Origin: Deinococcales bacterium
GTDB lineage: Bacteria > Deinococcota > Deinococci > Deinococcales > JAAFIG01
Assembly (NCBI GenBank): GCA_031414595.1
Contig: JANNVX010000037.1
Span: 1-64,000 of the forward strand
Length of the DNA stretch: 64,000 nucleotides
Direction of reading: 5' to 3'
Notes under the pieces: model-generated
What the model saw: only the letters and a program-made list of their open reading frames with translations
What the model was told of the DNA's origin: nothing
Database searches by the model: none
Position numbers and translations under genes: made by a program
Part shown: one piece after another, positions 1-9,623 of the stretch
Numbering within the stretch: position 1 is the first letter of the stretch
Layout of the letters: every line of letters begins with the position of its first letter

Positions 1-157
1 GATTTTAGAACCACAAGAATTAAAACGAATTTCTCTTCTTGGATTAAACCAATGTGTCCATTGGTTCGGGTTCTCGCTTTGCACTCAAACTGTCAAGGAG
101 CGCGCTTTGTCGAGGTTGCTTTTCCTTTCGGAATTGCCCTCGTGCAGAGCGACAAAG

Positions 158-186
158 AATGTATCATCCATTTGTAGTCCTGTCAA
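158..186 (-). promoter_or_regulatory. sigma70-type promoter pointing out of the left edge of the window
   Basis: Minus strand TTGACA (186-181), 17-bp spacer, TACATT (163-158) with an extended TGn. Confidence 0.5.
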
Positions 187-336
187 GCGTTTCGGCATGG
201 TCTCGAGAAAATAGAGTGGATGTCGTCAGAGACAGGAATGTTTGACCTTTGGGGCTTGAGTATCGAGCGTGTGTGAACTCGAGTTCAATTCATGGGTTTG
301 AAATTAGCCTTAAGATATAAACCTTGGAGGTAGGTT

Positions 337-717
337 GTGAAAATAGGTGTAGTGGTTCTTTTGATGCTGATTTCGTCATGGTTTGCTTTGGCACAAAGCA
401 ACACTTCACTTTGTGTGCTAAAAACAAAACTCGATTTAACCAAAAATTGCCAAGGCAAAAAAGTGCAACTAAAAGGCACAATGGCAACATTGGTGACAGC
501 CCATCCAGACATGACCACACCCAGTTACCGTTTTCAAAATTACCTTGATACGGCTTTTGGGCAAGTAGTTTTGATTTCTAGTAAAAGCATTTCTTGCCCT
601 AAGAAAACACTCGAAGTGATTGGAATACTTGGCTGGAAAGACCTTGGCGGGGCGGCTGGCACACGCAATTCGTATCAAAACGCGTTTGTCACCATTGAAA
701 AAATTACCTGCCGATGA
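337..717 (+). CDS. Hypothetical exported protein
   Basis: 126-aa ORF, GGAGG RBS upstream, N-terminal signal-peptide-like hydrophobic stretch ending ALA. Confidence 0.7.
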   Translation: MKIGVVVLLMLISSWFALAQSNTSLCVLKTKLDLTKNCQGKKVQLKGTMATLVTAHPDMTTPSYRFQNYLDTAFGQVVLISSKSISCPKKTLEVIGILGWKDLGGAAGTRNSYQNAFVTIEKITCR

Positions 718-734
718 ATTAGAATTGGCGTTCA

Positions 735-1823
735 ATGACGGATACCCATGCCCACATTAACCTCGAGGCAATTAAAACCAATGCCCGAAGCCTCTCGAGT
801 TTTGCAAACCGCCCGATTCTTGCGCCAATTAAAGCCGATGCTTACGGACATGGGGCGGTGCGGGTAGCATTGGCACTCGAGCCAGAAAAACATATTTTTG
901 GTTTTGCTGTAGCAACTACCTCCGAAGCCCTCGAGTTACGAAGCGCGGGGATTTGCAAAGAGATTGTGCTTTTAACCCCGCCACCAAGCGAAAAAATTGC
1001 AGCTTTGGTGCATCATCAAATCAGTTTTGTCATCTCGAGCCTCGCCGAACTGCAAGCCCTCTCGAACGAAGGGACAGCCCAAAACACTCGTCCCAAAGTG
1101 CATCTGAAAATCAATACGGGCTTAAACCGACTTGGCGCAAGTGCTAAAGAAGGTGCGGCGATTCTCAAAGCTAGTCTTCACTCGAGTACCGAGTTGTACG
1201 GCATCATGACCCATTTGGTGGATTCAGAGGATATTCCTGCGCCGTATGCAATCCAGCAGCTCGAGAATTTTAGAGCCTTTCTCGAGCTGCACCAACCAGA
1301 GGTGGCATACCGACACGCTGCCAATACGGGTGCGGTACTGCAAAAAGACTTACAAGCCGAATTTGATTTAATCCGCCCGGGGATTGGCTTATACGGTTAT
1401 GCGCCCGGTGTAGACTGCGAAGGTATTGTGCAACTTATGCCAGCCATGACACTTTTGGCTCGAGTGATTCATGTTAAACCACTCGAGAAAGGGCAGCCAG
1501 TCTCGTACAACGCCACTTGGACTGCCCCCAAGGATACTCGGGTTGCCACGGTGCGCCTTGGCTATGCTGACGGCTACCCTAAAGCCCTCTCGAGCAAGGC
1601 TAAGATGCTCTTGCATGGAGGGCAAGTTGTGCCACAAATCGGGCGGGTTTGTATGGATCAAGTGCTGCTTGATATTGGTTTGCTCGAGGTGAGTTACGGT
1701 GATTTGGTGATGGTTTTTGGAGTGCAGAGTATCACCGCCGATGATGTGGCAGGATGGGCAAACACCAACAGTTACGAGATTTTAACAGGCATTGGTTCTC
1801 GAGTACCACGCACTTATGATTGA
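735..1823 (+). CDS. alr: Alanine racemase
   Basis: KADAYGHG PLP-lysine motif, KINTGLNRLG, RPGIGLYG, GYADG, GRVCMDQ. Confidence 0.97.
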   Translation: MTDTHAHINLEAIKTNARSLSSFANRPILAPIKADAYGHGAVRVALALEPEKHIFGFAVATTSEALELRSAGICKEIVLLTPPPSEKIAALVHHQISFVISSLAELQALSNEGTAQNTRPKVHLKINTGLNRLGASAKEGAAILKASLHSSTELYGIMTHLVDSEDIPAPYAIQQLENFRAFLELHQPEVAYRHAANTGAVLQKDLQAEFDLIRPGIGLYGYAPGVDCEGIVQLMPAMTLLARVIHVKPLEKGQPVSYNATWTAPKDTRVATVRLGYADGYPKALSSKAKMLLHGGQVVPQIGRVCMDQVLLDIGLLEVSYGDLVMVFGVQSITADDVAGWANTNSYEILTGIGSRVPRTYD

Positions 1824-1921
1824 GTTTTTGGACATTTAAGACTAAGCCAATAACTCTGGGTTTCCCTACCTTCACAGGTCTCGAGTATGATGTGCCTTCC
1901 GAGAGTCGAGTATGATATGCC

Positions 1922-2695
1922 ATGAAATCAAAACTTGAGATTACCCGCAATTGGTTGCCGCGTTATACCGGAATGCCGTTAGCGATGTTTGGCGATCATA
2001 TTTTACTGACCAATTTTGATGATTATGTACAGCGTTTTGCCAATCGTTTTGGAGCAGATATTTACGGCGAGGGTAAAGCCATGCAAGCCTGTACCAACAG
2101 CACGGGTTTAACGATGATTAACTTTGGAATCGGCAGTGCCAATGCGGCTACAATCATGGATTTATTGTCCGCCAGAATGCCTAAAGCGGTGTTGTTTTTG
2201 GGTAAGTGCGGCGGCTTAAAGCACAGCACCGAGCTTGGTAATTTTATTTTACCAATTGCCGCAATTCGTGGTGAAGGGACAAGCAACGATTACTTTCCGC
2301 CTGAAGTGCCAGCCTTACCAAGTTTTAAGCTGCACAAATTTGTCTCCGATAAAATTGTGGCAAGAAACCTCGAGTACCGCACAGGTGTGATTTACACCAC
2401 CAACCGCAGGGTTTGGGAACATGACCAGGTTTTTTTAGAGCGCTTAAAACGCCTAACTTGTATTGGCATTGACATGGAAACCGCCACGGTTTTTATTGTT
2501 GGGCATCATAATGAAATTGCTCGCGGGGCGCTGCTGCTGGTTTCGGATGTGCCAATTACCCCAGATGGGGTCAAAACCGATGCTTCGGACAAAAAAGTGA
2601 CTGAGCAATGGGTGGATGTGCATTTGGATATTGGGATTGAAGCCATGACCGATATTGGCGCAAGTGGCGAGCAGATTAAGCATTTCACGTATTAG
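1922..2695 (+). CDS. amn: AMP nucleosidase (PNP/UDP phosphorylase family)
   Basis: NWLPRYTG, FLGKCGGL, AIRGEGTSNDY, TTNRRVWEHD, IDMETAT motifs. Confidence 0.9.
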   Translation: MKSKLEITRNWLPRYTGMPLAMFGDHILLTNFDDYVQRFANRFGADIYGEGKAMQACTNSTGLTMINFGIGSANAATIMDLLSARMPKAVLFLGKCGGLKHSTELGNFILPIAAIRGEGTSNDYFPPEVPALPSFKLHKFVSDKIVARNLEYRTGVIYTTNRRVWEHDQVFLERLKRLTCIGIDMETATVFIVGHHNEIARGALLLVSDVPITPDGVKTDASDKKVTEQWVDVHLDIGIEAMTDIGASGEQIKHFTY

Positions 2696-2699
2696 GAGT

Positions 2700-2731
2700 A
2701 CAACACAAGTTTAATTTTGTGTTGTGTTTTT
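2700..2731 (+). terminator. Probable intrinsic terminator of amn
   Basis: ACAACACAA-N8-TTGTGTTGT stem followed by a T run. Confidence 0.45.
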
Positions 2732-2787
2732 GCTGACTAAGGTTTGTTACCCCAAGGAATTCACCTTGCGACTTGGGTGGAGGCATT

Positions 2788-3222
2788 ATGATTACCAACG
2801 AACGGCAATACAAAATCACCAAGAATTGGCATAAGAAATTTAGCCAATCTCTCCAAGCACTCGAGCAGCAAGCCCGACCAGAAAATGTTCATCTGCTACT
2901 TTGGAAAGCTGAACAAGACGCAATAAAGAGCCACCTCGAGGAATTTGAAACCGACATGCTGGCTTACGAAAACCTAAAAAAAGGTGCAGTACGCTTTGTG
3001 CCAGTGCAATCCTTAGATAATTTTGGTATTGCCTTTATTCAAGCCCGAATTGCCAAAGGGTACACCCAAAAAGACCTTGCCAAAGAATTGGGTGTCAAAG
3101 AACAACAGGTGCAACAAGACGAAGAGAACTTGTATGCTTCTGCCAGTATCCGTCGCCTGACGCAAATTGCCGAGGTTCTAGGAATGCAAATCAAAGGACA
3201 ATTTGAATTGACGCATTTGTAA
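2788..3222 (+). CDS. XRE-family HTH transcriptional regulator / orphan antitoxin-like protein
   Basis: MITNERQY N-terminus; C-terminal HTH ARIAKGYTQKDLAKELGVKEQQVQQDE; GGAGG RBS. Confidence 0.85.
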   Translation: MITNERQYKITKNWHKKFSQSLQALEQQARPENVHLLLWKAEQDAIKSHLEEFETDMLAYENLKKGAVRFVPVQSLDNFGIAFIQARIAKGYTQKDLAKELGVKEQQVQQDEENLYASASIRRLTQIAEVLGMQIKGQFELTHL

Positions 3223-3408
3223 AAGGCTCGAGAATAGGGAAATTTAGCGCAAGCCAAGTTTGACGTTCTTTTGTGGCTAACAACATATCTTTGCTCCTAA
3301 CTATCTCGAGCCAAGGTGAATTGACTTTGCAGTTGTTGACTAATATTTTAGGGGCTGATGGAAATTGCCTTTTTTGAATCTGGAGAATAAATGGCTTAAT
3401 AGACAAAT

Positions 3409-5613
3409 TTATTCGATTGGTTGAGTTGGGGTTGCCAAAGCAATCGATGTATCTTTAGAGGCTTGTTCAAGCTCATCAAAATATCGATTCCAGCGTTTGA
3501 GGTAGTCGTCAGAAGGTTCAACTGAATGGGTTCTAGCTTTTTGGATAAAATACTCGAAACCTACTCGAGTAAAAAGTTTGGGGAAATCTGAATTTAAGTT
3601 ATTGACTCGAGTCTCAAATAGGCTCTTTGCGAAACGGTCTATAATCTCATTTTCTGTGCCATTCTGTGATGCGTGGACGAGTACCATATTCCATTCGTAA
3701 TCAACTGGTTCAAACCCTAGGTTATTCTCGAGATACACCTGATAGATTTTTGAAGATGTTTCCTTTCTTAATTCTGTAATACGTTCCAAACGATTATCTT
3801 CTTGTCTGTAGCGTTTTTCCTCATGATAGATAGCGTCTAAAGCACAGAATGTAACAACAGGCGCTTCTGCATTTTGAAAAACTTCGATGGGAAGTTTAAT
3901 AAGTGAGTTTAATTCTCGGAATGGTCGGATAATCTGGCGGCAAATCCATTGTCTTCGTTCTTCTCTTAAAGTTTTTTCTGGTGTTATTATCCAATCATCG
4001 CCACAATCAATAATCACTTGTAGATAATTCTGAAACTTTACTTGGTCACGTTGCTGATATAAGCGTAATCCTAGGCTATCAAGAAAGTCAAAAAACATTC
4101 CTTTTTCCTCATTGGAGTTGGCTTGAGTCCACTTCAGAATTAATTTATCCTGCAAAGAGATACTACTTTCAGCCAAAGATGTAAATTCAGCTAAAATTTC
4201 ACTTCGGATTAAACCAATTTTTAATCCGAAATAATTGCGAAAAACATATGGATCGGAAACACGAAAATTGACGTGGGATACATCAGGATCACGATTTTTT
4301 GCATAAGAAAACGTGTGTGGTTTTTGATCATCTTGTTTTGTTGTTAAATGAGGGAATAACTCTTCAAGAATTGGGACGACCAGATTAGAATGAATAGAAA
4401 GGTTTTGTAGCTTTTCCTTTGTACTTTCAACTAGCTCGGGATCTGTTCTATTGGTGCTGTAAATTGCTTCGAGTTCAAATGATGGGATATTGTTTCCTAA
4501 AAGTTCGGGTTTCATTCGAGCAAGTTGTGTCCATACACTGGGTTCACTAATTTTTAGTAACTCGAGTCGTAAAACGTCCCAGAAGTGGACATCTTCTTCA
4601 AAACTGTTCATAGCGACACGTAAAGCATTAACGTAACGGTTCATTTGTCGAATTGTTGGTAGAAATGGCTGTGATTGCAAATAGAAAAACTTCAAATCCT
4701 TTCTTGTGTAGCGTACTACTTGCATATTCGTATTTGGGGGGATGATTGCTTCAATTCTGTTTGCAAAAATTTCGGATAAAGTTTCTTCTGATGGTTCATT
4801 TAGGTAAACAGGGAACTGTACAAGTTTATCAATGTATCGTTCTCCAGAAAGTGAATGAGCGGTTTTTAAGGTTTGACCGTATTCAAGCTGACGGGCAACT
4901 TCATTTGGATCAAATGCAATAAAATATCGAGTGTAGGGAAGGTCAGCAAAGGAACGCAGCAAAGCAATCATTTGACGCAGTGCATCTGATTCTAAACGGT
5001 CAAAATCTTCAATAAAAACCCATACAGGGCAATGAATCTCGTTAAGTAATTCAACAACTAATTCTCGAGTTTCAGTCATAGATAATTGCTTACCCAATAA
5101 TAACTGTTCGATACCTTCAAGTGCTTTTGGTATTGAGTCAAGTCCAACGTGTTCTGAAAGTTCTGCTAATTTAGACCGCTTCAAAAGATTGTTAATACTG
5201 CCAATGAAATGCTGTGTATTTTCTTTCGCAGATGCGATTCTGGTTTTCGCTACTGGTTTCCCCATTAGCTGGTTTATTTGTTCTTCTCTTGTTCGCAGTT
5301 GTCTCAGTATTTCTTCCAGAAATTTATTAAACAAATCTTCACGGTCACTAAACCACCACGGATTAAAGTCAAGAATAATAGGTGCCCCAATTGCCCAGTC
5401 TGAAAGCGATTTTGGGTCATTTGCGTAGTGCTTGATAAAATTTAAGACTGTGCTTTTTCCTGTTCCCCACGCACCAATGATACCAATAGTAAGGCTATCG
5501 GAACTGTTTTCCCTTAGAATCATTTCTGTAATTCCCTGTGCAAGCGGAGCGCGTTCGAGAAGGTCATCATCGGGTTGAACTCGTGGGTTGTCGTGCAGAA
5601 CTTTATTTGACAT
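3409..5613 (-). CDS. KAP-family P-loop NTPase
   Basis: Walker A GAWGTGKS, FNPWWFS, Walker B FIEDFDRL, YIDKLVQFP; AT-rich relative to flanks; start chosen at MSNKV. Confidence 0.9.
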   Translation of the reverse strand: MSNKVLHDNPRVQPDDDLLERAPLAQGITEMILRENSSDSLTIGIIGAWGTGKSTVLNFIKHYANDPKSLSDWAIGAPIILDFNPWWFSDREDLFNKFLEEILRQLRTREEQINQLMGKPVAKTRIASAKENTQHFIGSINNLLKRSKLAELSEHVGLDSIPKALEGIEQLLLGKQLSMTETRELVVELLNEIHCPVWVFIEDFDRLESDALRQMIALLRSFADLPYTRYFIAFDPNEVARQLEYGQTLKTAHSLSGERYIDKLVQFPVYLNEPSEETLSEIFANRIEAIIPPNTNMQVVRYTRKDLKFFYLQSQPFLPTIRQMNRYVNALRVAMNSFEEDVHFWDVLRLELLKISEPSVWTQLARMKPELLGNNIPSFELEAIYSTNRTDPELVESTKEKLQNLSIHSNLVVPILEELFPHLTTKQDDQKPHTFSYAKNRDPDVSHVNFRVSDPYVFRNYFGLKIGLIRSEILAEFTSLAESSISLQDKLILKWTQANSNEEKGMFFDFLDSLGLRLYQQRDQVKFQNYLQVIIDCGDDWIITPEKTLREERRQWICRQIIRPFRELNSLIKLPIEVFQNAEAPVVTFCALDAIYHEEKRYRQEDNRLERITELRKETSSKIYQVYLENNLGFEPVDYEWNMVLVHASQNGTENEIIDRFAKSLFETRVNNLNSDFPKLFTRVGFEYFIQKARTHSVEPSDDYLKRWNRYFDELEQASKDTSIALATPTQPIE

Positions 5614-5675
5614 ATACCCACATTTTAATACTTCGAGCCTTATTAAGTAACTTCGATAAGGCATATCTATTTCTT

Positions 5676-5801
5676 TCAGCTTTTAAGATTGCTGTCTACT
5701 CGAGCTTGGGCAATGTCTGCGTTCAGAACTCGAGCATAAAAATCGTAAATATCAGCAATATCATCAAGCGCAATACTCGAGAATTCAAAGCCAAGACTCA
5801 T
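5676..5801 (-). pseudogene. parE: Truncated ParE/RelE-family toxin (41 codons)
   Basis: ATG overlaps the parD stop (ATGA). It translates MSLGFEFSSIALDDIADIYDFYARVLNADIAQARVDSNLKS*, the typical ParE N-terminal pattern, then stops early. Confidence 0.65.
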
Positions 5802-6043
5802 GCTGTTTTGGCTCTGGCTTTTATGGCGGATTGGAATGCTTGAAGGGAATCAAAACGATAGGTTCTGCCTTGTTCAAGATCGTCAAAACCACGTTCTAGC
5901 ATTGTTTCTAGTTCTGCTTGGGTTTGTTGTTGCTTTGCATTCTCGAGGGTGTTTTGAATCAGTTCTTTGGCAGACGCATACTTGCCTGTTTGGACTTGCA
6001 GCATAACCCATTCTTCAAGGTGTTTAGGCAGTTCTAAAATCAT
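5798..6043 (-). CDS. parD: ParD-like ribbon-helix-helix antitoxin
   Basis: LPKHLEEWVMLQVQTGKYASAKELI pattern; upstream TTGACA-N17-TAATTT-N6-ATG leaderless promoter. Confidence 0.8.
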   Translation of the reverse strand: MILELPKHLEEWVMLQVQTGKYASAKELIQNTLENAKQQQTQAELETMLERGFDDLEQGRTYRFDSLQAFQSAIKARAKTA

Positions 6044-6178
6044 GGTTTCAAATTAGTCCGTTTTGCTTTGGCTGTCAAGTGTGCATTTTAGTGGTTTCTA
6101 CAGTGTAATATTTTACAACCAGCCTTGGTTCAAGATGCACTCGAGTCAAGGCAATTAAAACCTTTTCAACTCGAGAAA

Positions 6179-7009
6179 TTACAATTCTAACCACTCGAGT
6201 AAAACCTTTAGGGTCGCTTTGGGTTGCTCTTGGTGCGGTAAATGCCCAGCCTTGGCAATAATACTCAGGCGGCTTTTTGGGATTTGTACAAGCAACTGCC
6301 TCGCATAAATCTGCGGCACAATATTGTCAGCTTCTCCCCAAATTAAAAGTGTTGGTAAGCTCAACTCGAGCCGAGGCGCGGCGGCAAATAAACTGCGAAG
6401 CGCAGCAAAAAACGCATCGCGTTGGGTGTCGCTATTTACTCGTTCCCAAACTCGAGTGCCTAAAAACTCGAAGTCAGCACTGGGCATGGCGCTTAAATCG
6501 GCGTAGTACGGGTTTAAGGTCGCAAAAGCGGCGGCTTGTCCAGCTTCGCGTAAGCCGTTGTAGAACGCCTCGCCAATGCCAATTTCAAGTAGCGGCTTAA
6601 TGGTTGCTGTTACTTCGAGACCACCAAGGTTTGGCGCAGCCCCACCAATCAAACACAGGGTCTTAGCACGGATTTTATGGGTGGCAGCAAAATTGGCGGC
6701 GACCACTGCCCCTAGGCTCGAGCCAACCAGATGCACGGCTTCTAGCTTGAGTGTTTTGATCAATTCAAGTATCACGTCTGTAAAACCGCTAAGGCTGCTT
6801 GTTTTAGTCTGGCTGCGTCCAAAACCGGGTAAGTCCAAGGCAATCACCCGAAAGTGCTGCGCCAGTGGTACGAAAACATGTCGCCATGTGTCGGCTTCGT
6901 CGCCATTACCGTGAATCAGTAGCACTGTTTCTTGCCCAAGTCTCGAGTCGAAATAAAAGATACCGTTTCGTTCTTGGGCATACGGCTCGAGCAGGGCATG
7001 GGGTTTCAT
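6179..7009 (-). CDS. Alpha/beta fold hydrolase
   Basis: LLIHG, DLPGFGRS, GSSLG nucleophile elbow, WGEAD, GHLPHQEQP. Confidence 0.92.
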   Translation of the reverse strand: MKPHALLEPYAQERNGIFYFDSRLGQETVLLIHGNGDEADTWRHVFVPLAQHFRVIALDLPGFGRSQTKTSSLSGFTDVILELIKTLKLEAVHLVGSSLGAVVAANFAATHKIRAKTLCLIGGAAPNLGGLEVTATIKPLLEIGIGEAFYNGLREAGQAAAFATLNPYYADLSAMPSADFEFLGTRVWERVNSDTQRDAFFAALRSLFAAAPRLELSLPTLLIWGEADNIVPQIYARQLLVQIPKSRLSIIAKAGHLPHQEQPKATLKVLLEWLEL

Positions 7010-8949
7010 ATGTTCTTGGTTTCTTTGAGTTCGCCGTTGATCAAAATCGTGACTTGTCCTTGACCAACTTCAGCCCGAACAGTGTATGGGATATTGACAA
7101 TCTGCCCTGCCACAACCGCAATTGAATCTACAACCCGAACCCCATCTATATCCGTGACCCGAAGCTCGAGTGTTCCACTGGCAATATCGGCGGGGACTTC
7201 GTAACGGTAGGTTTCGTTGCGTGGTTCTATCAGGGGTGGAGTCAGTGGGTCTGGTGTGGGTGTAACCACGGGTGGGTCAATCACGGGTGGGTCTGGCGTG
7301 GGCGTGACCACGGGTGGGTCTGGTGTGACCACGACGGGTGGTAAATTGTTGGGACTGGTGTTGTTGGGTGTCGTTGTCGTCGTGTTGGGTGTTGTGGTTG
7401 TGCTGGGAGTTGGTGTGGTTGTGTTGGGTATGGTCGTCGTTGTGTTGTTGGGTGTTGTTGTTGTGGTTGTGTTGGGTATGGTCGGAATCGGTTTGGGTCT
7501 GACGGGTTGTGGAATGATTGGTTTAGCCGCGTTTCCCGCCACAGCTACAGTTAAAGTCGCATCAGACTCGAGTTCAATAATTGTGTCGGCACTTGGAGAC
7601 TGGCTTAGCACCGTTCCATACGGCAAGTCCGAAATCTGAGTCTTAATTTCCACCAAGCGCAATCCTGCTAATTTAATCACCGTTTTGGCATCTTCGGTGT
7701 TTAAGCCATTCAGGGCTGGAATAAAGGTTTTGCCTTCTGGCGCTCGAGGACCAGAGGCTAGTAGGGTCACGCTTTGTCCACGTACCACCTCGGTTTGCGG
7801 GGCTGGGTTCTGCCCCAGAATATAATCTCGGGCTGTTCCTTCAGGGGCGGGAACTCGAGCAATTCGCCCAACATTTAACTTGGCTTCTTTTAAGGCAATT
7901 TGGGCTTCGGCGAGGGTTTTGCCGGCTAGGGACGGCATCAAGAGCGCCCTTGGTTGATTGACCGTAATTTCAACCACGCGCTGTTCGGTGATGCTTGAAC
8001 CTGCGGCTGGATTCTGGGTCAAAATCACGCCGCGTATCTTGGCTTGGTCGCTGCCCTCAACTGGACGCGGGGTTAAACGGGCTTCGGATAATAACTGGGC
8101 GGCTTCGGACAGGGTTTTACCAACCACATTGGGTACAATCACGGCTGGCGGCTCGAGAAATTGTCTGGTAGCTTGCGCCCCAAAGTAAATCACGCCAGCC
8201 AGTGCGACTGTTCCGGGGATGACCCGCACCAACAATGCCAGAAAACGCAATCCCAAACTTGGTTTTGGTGTGGCGGCTTTTAAGGGCGCGATTTGTGACT
8301 TAGAGAGTGGTGTAACTTGTGACTTAGAGAGCGGTGTAACTTGCGATTTAGAAAGCCCCGTTTTTGCCGCCGCTTGGGTCACAGTTTCAGGCTCAAGCAC
8401 AGGCAAGTTTGTTTTTGAACTGTTGACTGGTGTTTTTAAGACTGGGACTTTACCACGGCTGGTTTTGGCTGTCTCGAGAAGCGGCTGATTGAGTTGGGCA
8501 ATCTCACCGGTACTGCGGTCAGCACTGCGTAAACCCGTCAGGGCTGGGCGAACATCACCTTTTGCACCCTGCAAAGCAATAAAATGAGCATCAGTCAGTG
8601 CAAAACCATAACTGCCTAGCACCTGACCAGCCTCGGCTAAAGCATTTCTAAAGCCCGTGTCTTTGGGATGCTGGGCTAACCAAGTTGTGCTGTTCGTACC
8701 TTCGAGCATCTCCCAAACGGTGTAATACGCCCCCGGTCTCGAGATGGCATCGAGTAAAAGCGGTGAAGATACGTTCTTAATGGCAGTGCGGTAACGATGA
8801 AAATTGGCTCTGGATTTTGGGTCAACCACAAAAAACCAGTCTAAGCGCACCATTTTACCCGAGGCATCGGTGGCTTCAACCGAACGCATCCATTCATCCC
8901 GAGAAATCTCTCGAGTTACATTGTATTTGCTGTCCAGACGCTCTGGCAT
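7006..8949 (-). CDS. Membrane-anchored PASTA-domain protein (3 PASTA repeats, degenerate kinase-like N-terminus, Pro/Thr linker)
   Basis: VPNVVGKT, MPSLAGKT and IPALNGLN repeats with Q(N/S)P; one TM segment. Confidence 0.88.
   Translation of the reverse strand: MPERLDSKYNVTREISRDEWMRSVEATDASGKMVRLDWFFVVDPKSRANFHRYRTAIKNVSSPLLLDAISRPGAYYTVWEMLEGTNSTTWLAQHPKDTGFRNALAEAGQVLGSYGFALTDAHFIALQGAKGDVRPALTGLRSADRSTGEIAQLNQPLLETAKTSRGKVPVLKTPVNSSKTNLPVLEPETVTQAAAKTGLSKSQVTPLSKSQVTPLSKSQIAPLKAATPKPSLGLRFLALLVRVIPGTVALAGVIYFGAQATRQFLEPPAVIVPNVVGKTLSEAAQLLSEARLTPRPVEGSDQAKIRGVILTQNPAAGSSITEQRVVEITVNQPRALLMPSLAGKTLAEAQIALKEAKLNVGRIARVPAPEGTARDYILGQNPAPQTEVVRGQSVTLLASGPRAPEGKTFIPALNGLNTEDAKTVIKLAGLRLVEIKTQISDLPYGTVLSQSPSADTIIELESDATLTVAVAGNAAKPIIPQPVRPKPIPTIPNTTTTTTPNNTTTTIPNTTTPTPSTTTTPNTTTTTPNNTSPNNLPPVVVTPDPPVVTPTPDPPVIDPPVVTPTPDPLTPPLIEPRNETYRYEVPADIASGTLELRVTDIDGVRVVDSIAVVAGQIVNIPYTVRAEVGQGQVTILINGELKETKNI
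7230..7480. repeat. Low-complexity coding repeats (PN/TTTT and PDPPVVT) in the PASTA protein linker
   Basis: GT-rich repeats such as GTGTTGGGT and ACGGGTGGGTC. Confidence 0.85.
8286..8355. repeat. 24-bp coding tandem repeat x3 (SKSQ[V/I][T/A]PL)
   Basis: TTGTGACTTAGAGAG(T/C)GGTGTAAC units. Confidence 0.85.
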
Positions 8950-8993
8950 ATGGCTAATTCTAGCAAGCCGTGATGAGGGTTGTGAGTGTCTGG

Positions 8994-9494
8994 CTATAAG
9001 CCTTCAGAAAGCAGCAAGTACGCCGCCATAATCGCAGGGGCAGAGGCTTTTAGGCTGCCGTTTTTAGCCCCTTGTAGTAATTCTTTAGGACTCATAAACT
9101 CGAGTTCGATTTCTTCATCTTCATCTGGAACACCATACGCAGGTCGTAGATTCTCGGCGCGTATCAAATGCACCAATTCATCACAAAAACCAGGCGAAAC
9201 AAAAAAACTCGAGACCAAACTTAAATCCCCACCCAACAGGCACTCCTCGGCAAATTCTCGAGCCGCTGCCTCGAGAACATCCTCACCCGGTTCAATTAAG
9301 CCGGCTGGGATTTCTAGGGTAAACGCCTCGAGTGGAGCGCGGTATTGTTTAACCAGCAACATTTTTTGGTTTTGTACGGCAAGTATTGCCACAGCCGGTT
9401 TATGTTCGACAATTTCCCAGTAATCGTTGTCCAGATGTAAATTTAGAACTCTGCCTTGGTAAATGGTTTTGCGGTCTATTTTTGAATGCTTCAT
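8994..9494 (-). CDS. NUDIX hydrolase (ADP-ribose pyrophosphatase-like)
   Basis: Nudix box EIPAGLIEPGEDVLEAAAREFAEE; SPGF; DEDE. Confidence 0.9.
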   Translation of the reverse strand: MKHSKIDRKTIYQGRVLNLHLDNDYWEIVEHKPAVAILAVQNQKMLLVKQYRAPLEAFTLEIPAGLIEPGEDVLEAAAREFAEECLLGGDLSLVSSFFVSPGFCDELVHLIRAENLRPAYGVPDEDEEIELEFMSPKELLQGAKNGSLKASAPAIMAAYLLLSEGL

Positions 9495-9534
9495 GACCAC
9501 AGTCTACTTCAAGCCACAAAATGGGTTATATGGT

Positions 9535-9580
9535 TGCGTGTTCCCGAAGCGTGTCGGTGCGTGTTCCCGAAGCGTGTCGG
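9535..9580. repeat. Perfect 23-bp tandem duplication upstream of mglB
   Basis: TGCGTGTTCCCGAAGCGTGTCGG x2. Confidence 0.9.
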
Positions 9581-9623
9581 TTTTTCATGGCATTTTCGCC
9601 GCTTGTGCCGTATACTCACATTT

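Noticed and set aside
54-245. 63-aa ORF at the window start
   Set aside because: No recognisable features, and it overlaps an opposite-strand promoter
7217-7639. Gly/Val-rich plus-strand ORF
   Set aside because: Antisense shadow of the Pro/Thr linker of the PASTA gene
9535-9580. CRISPR array
   Set aside because: Only two adjacent copies, no spacers and no cas genes
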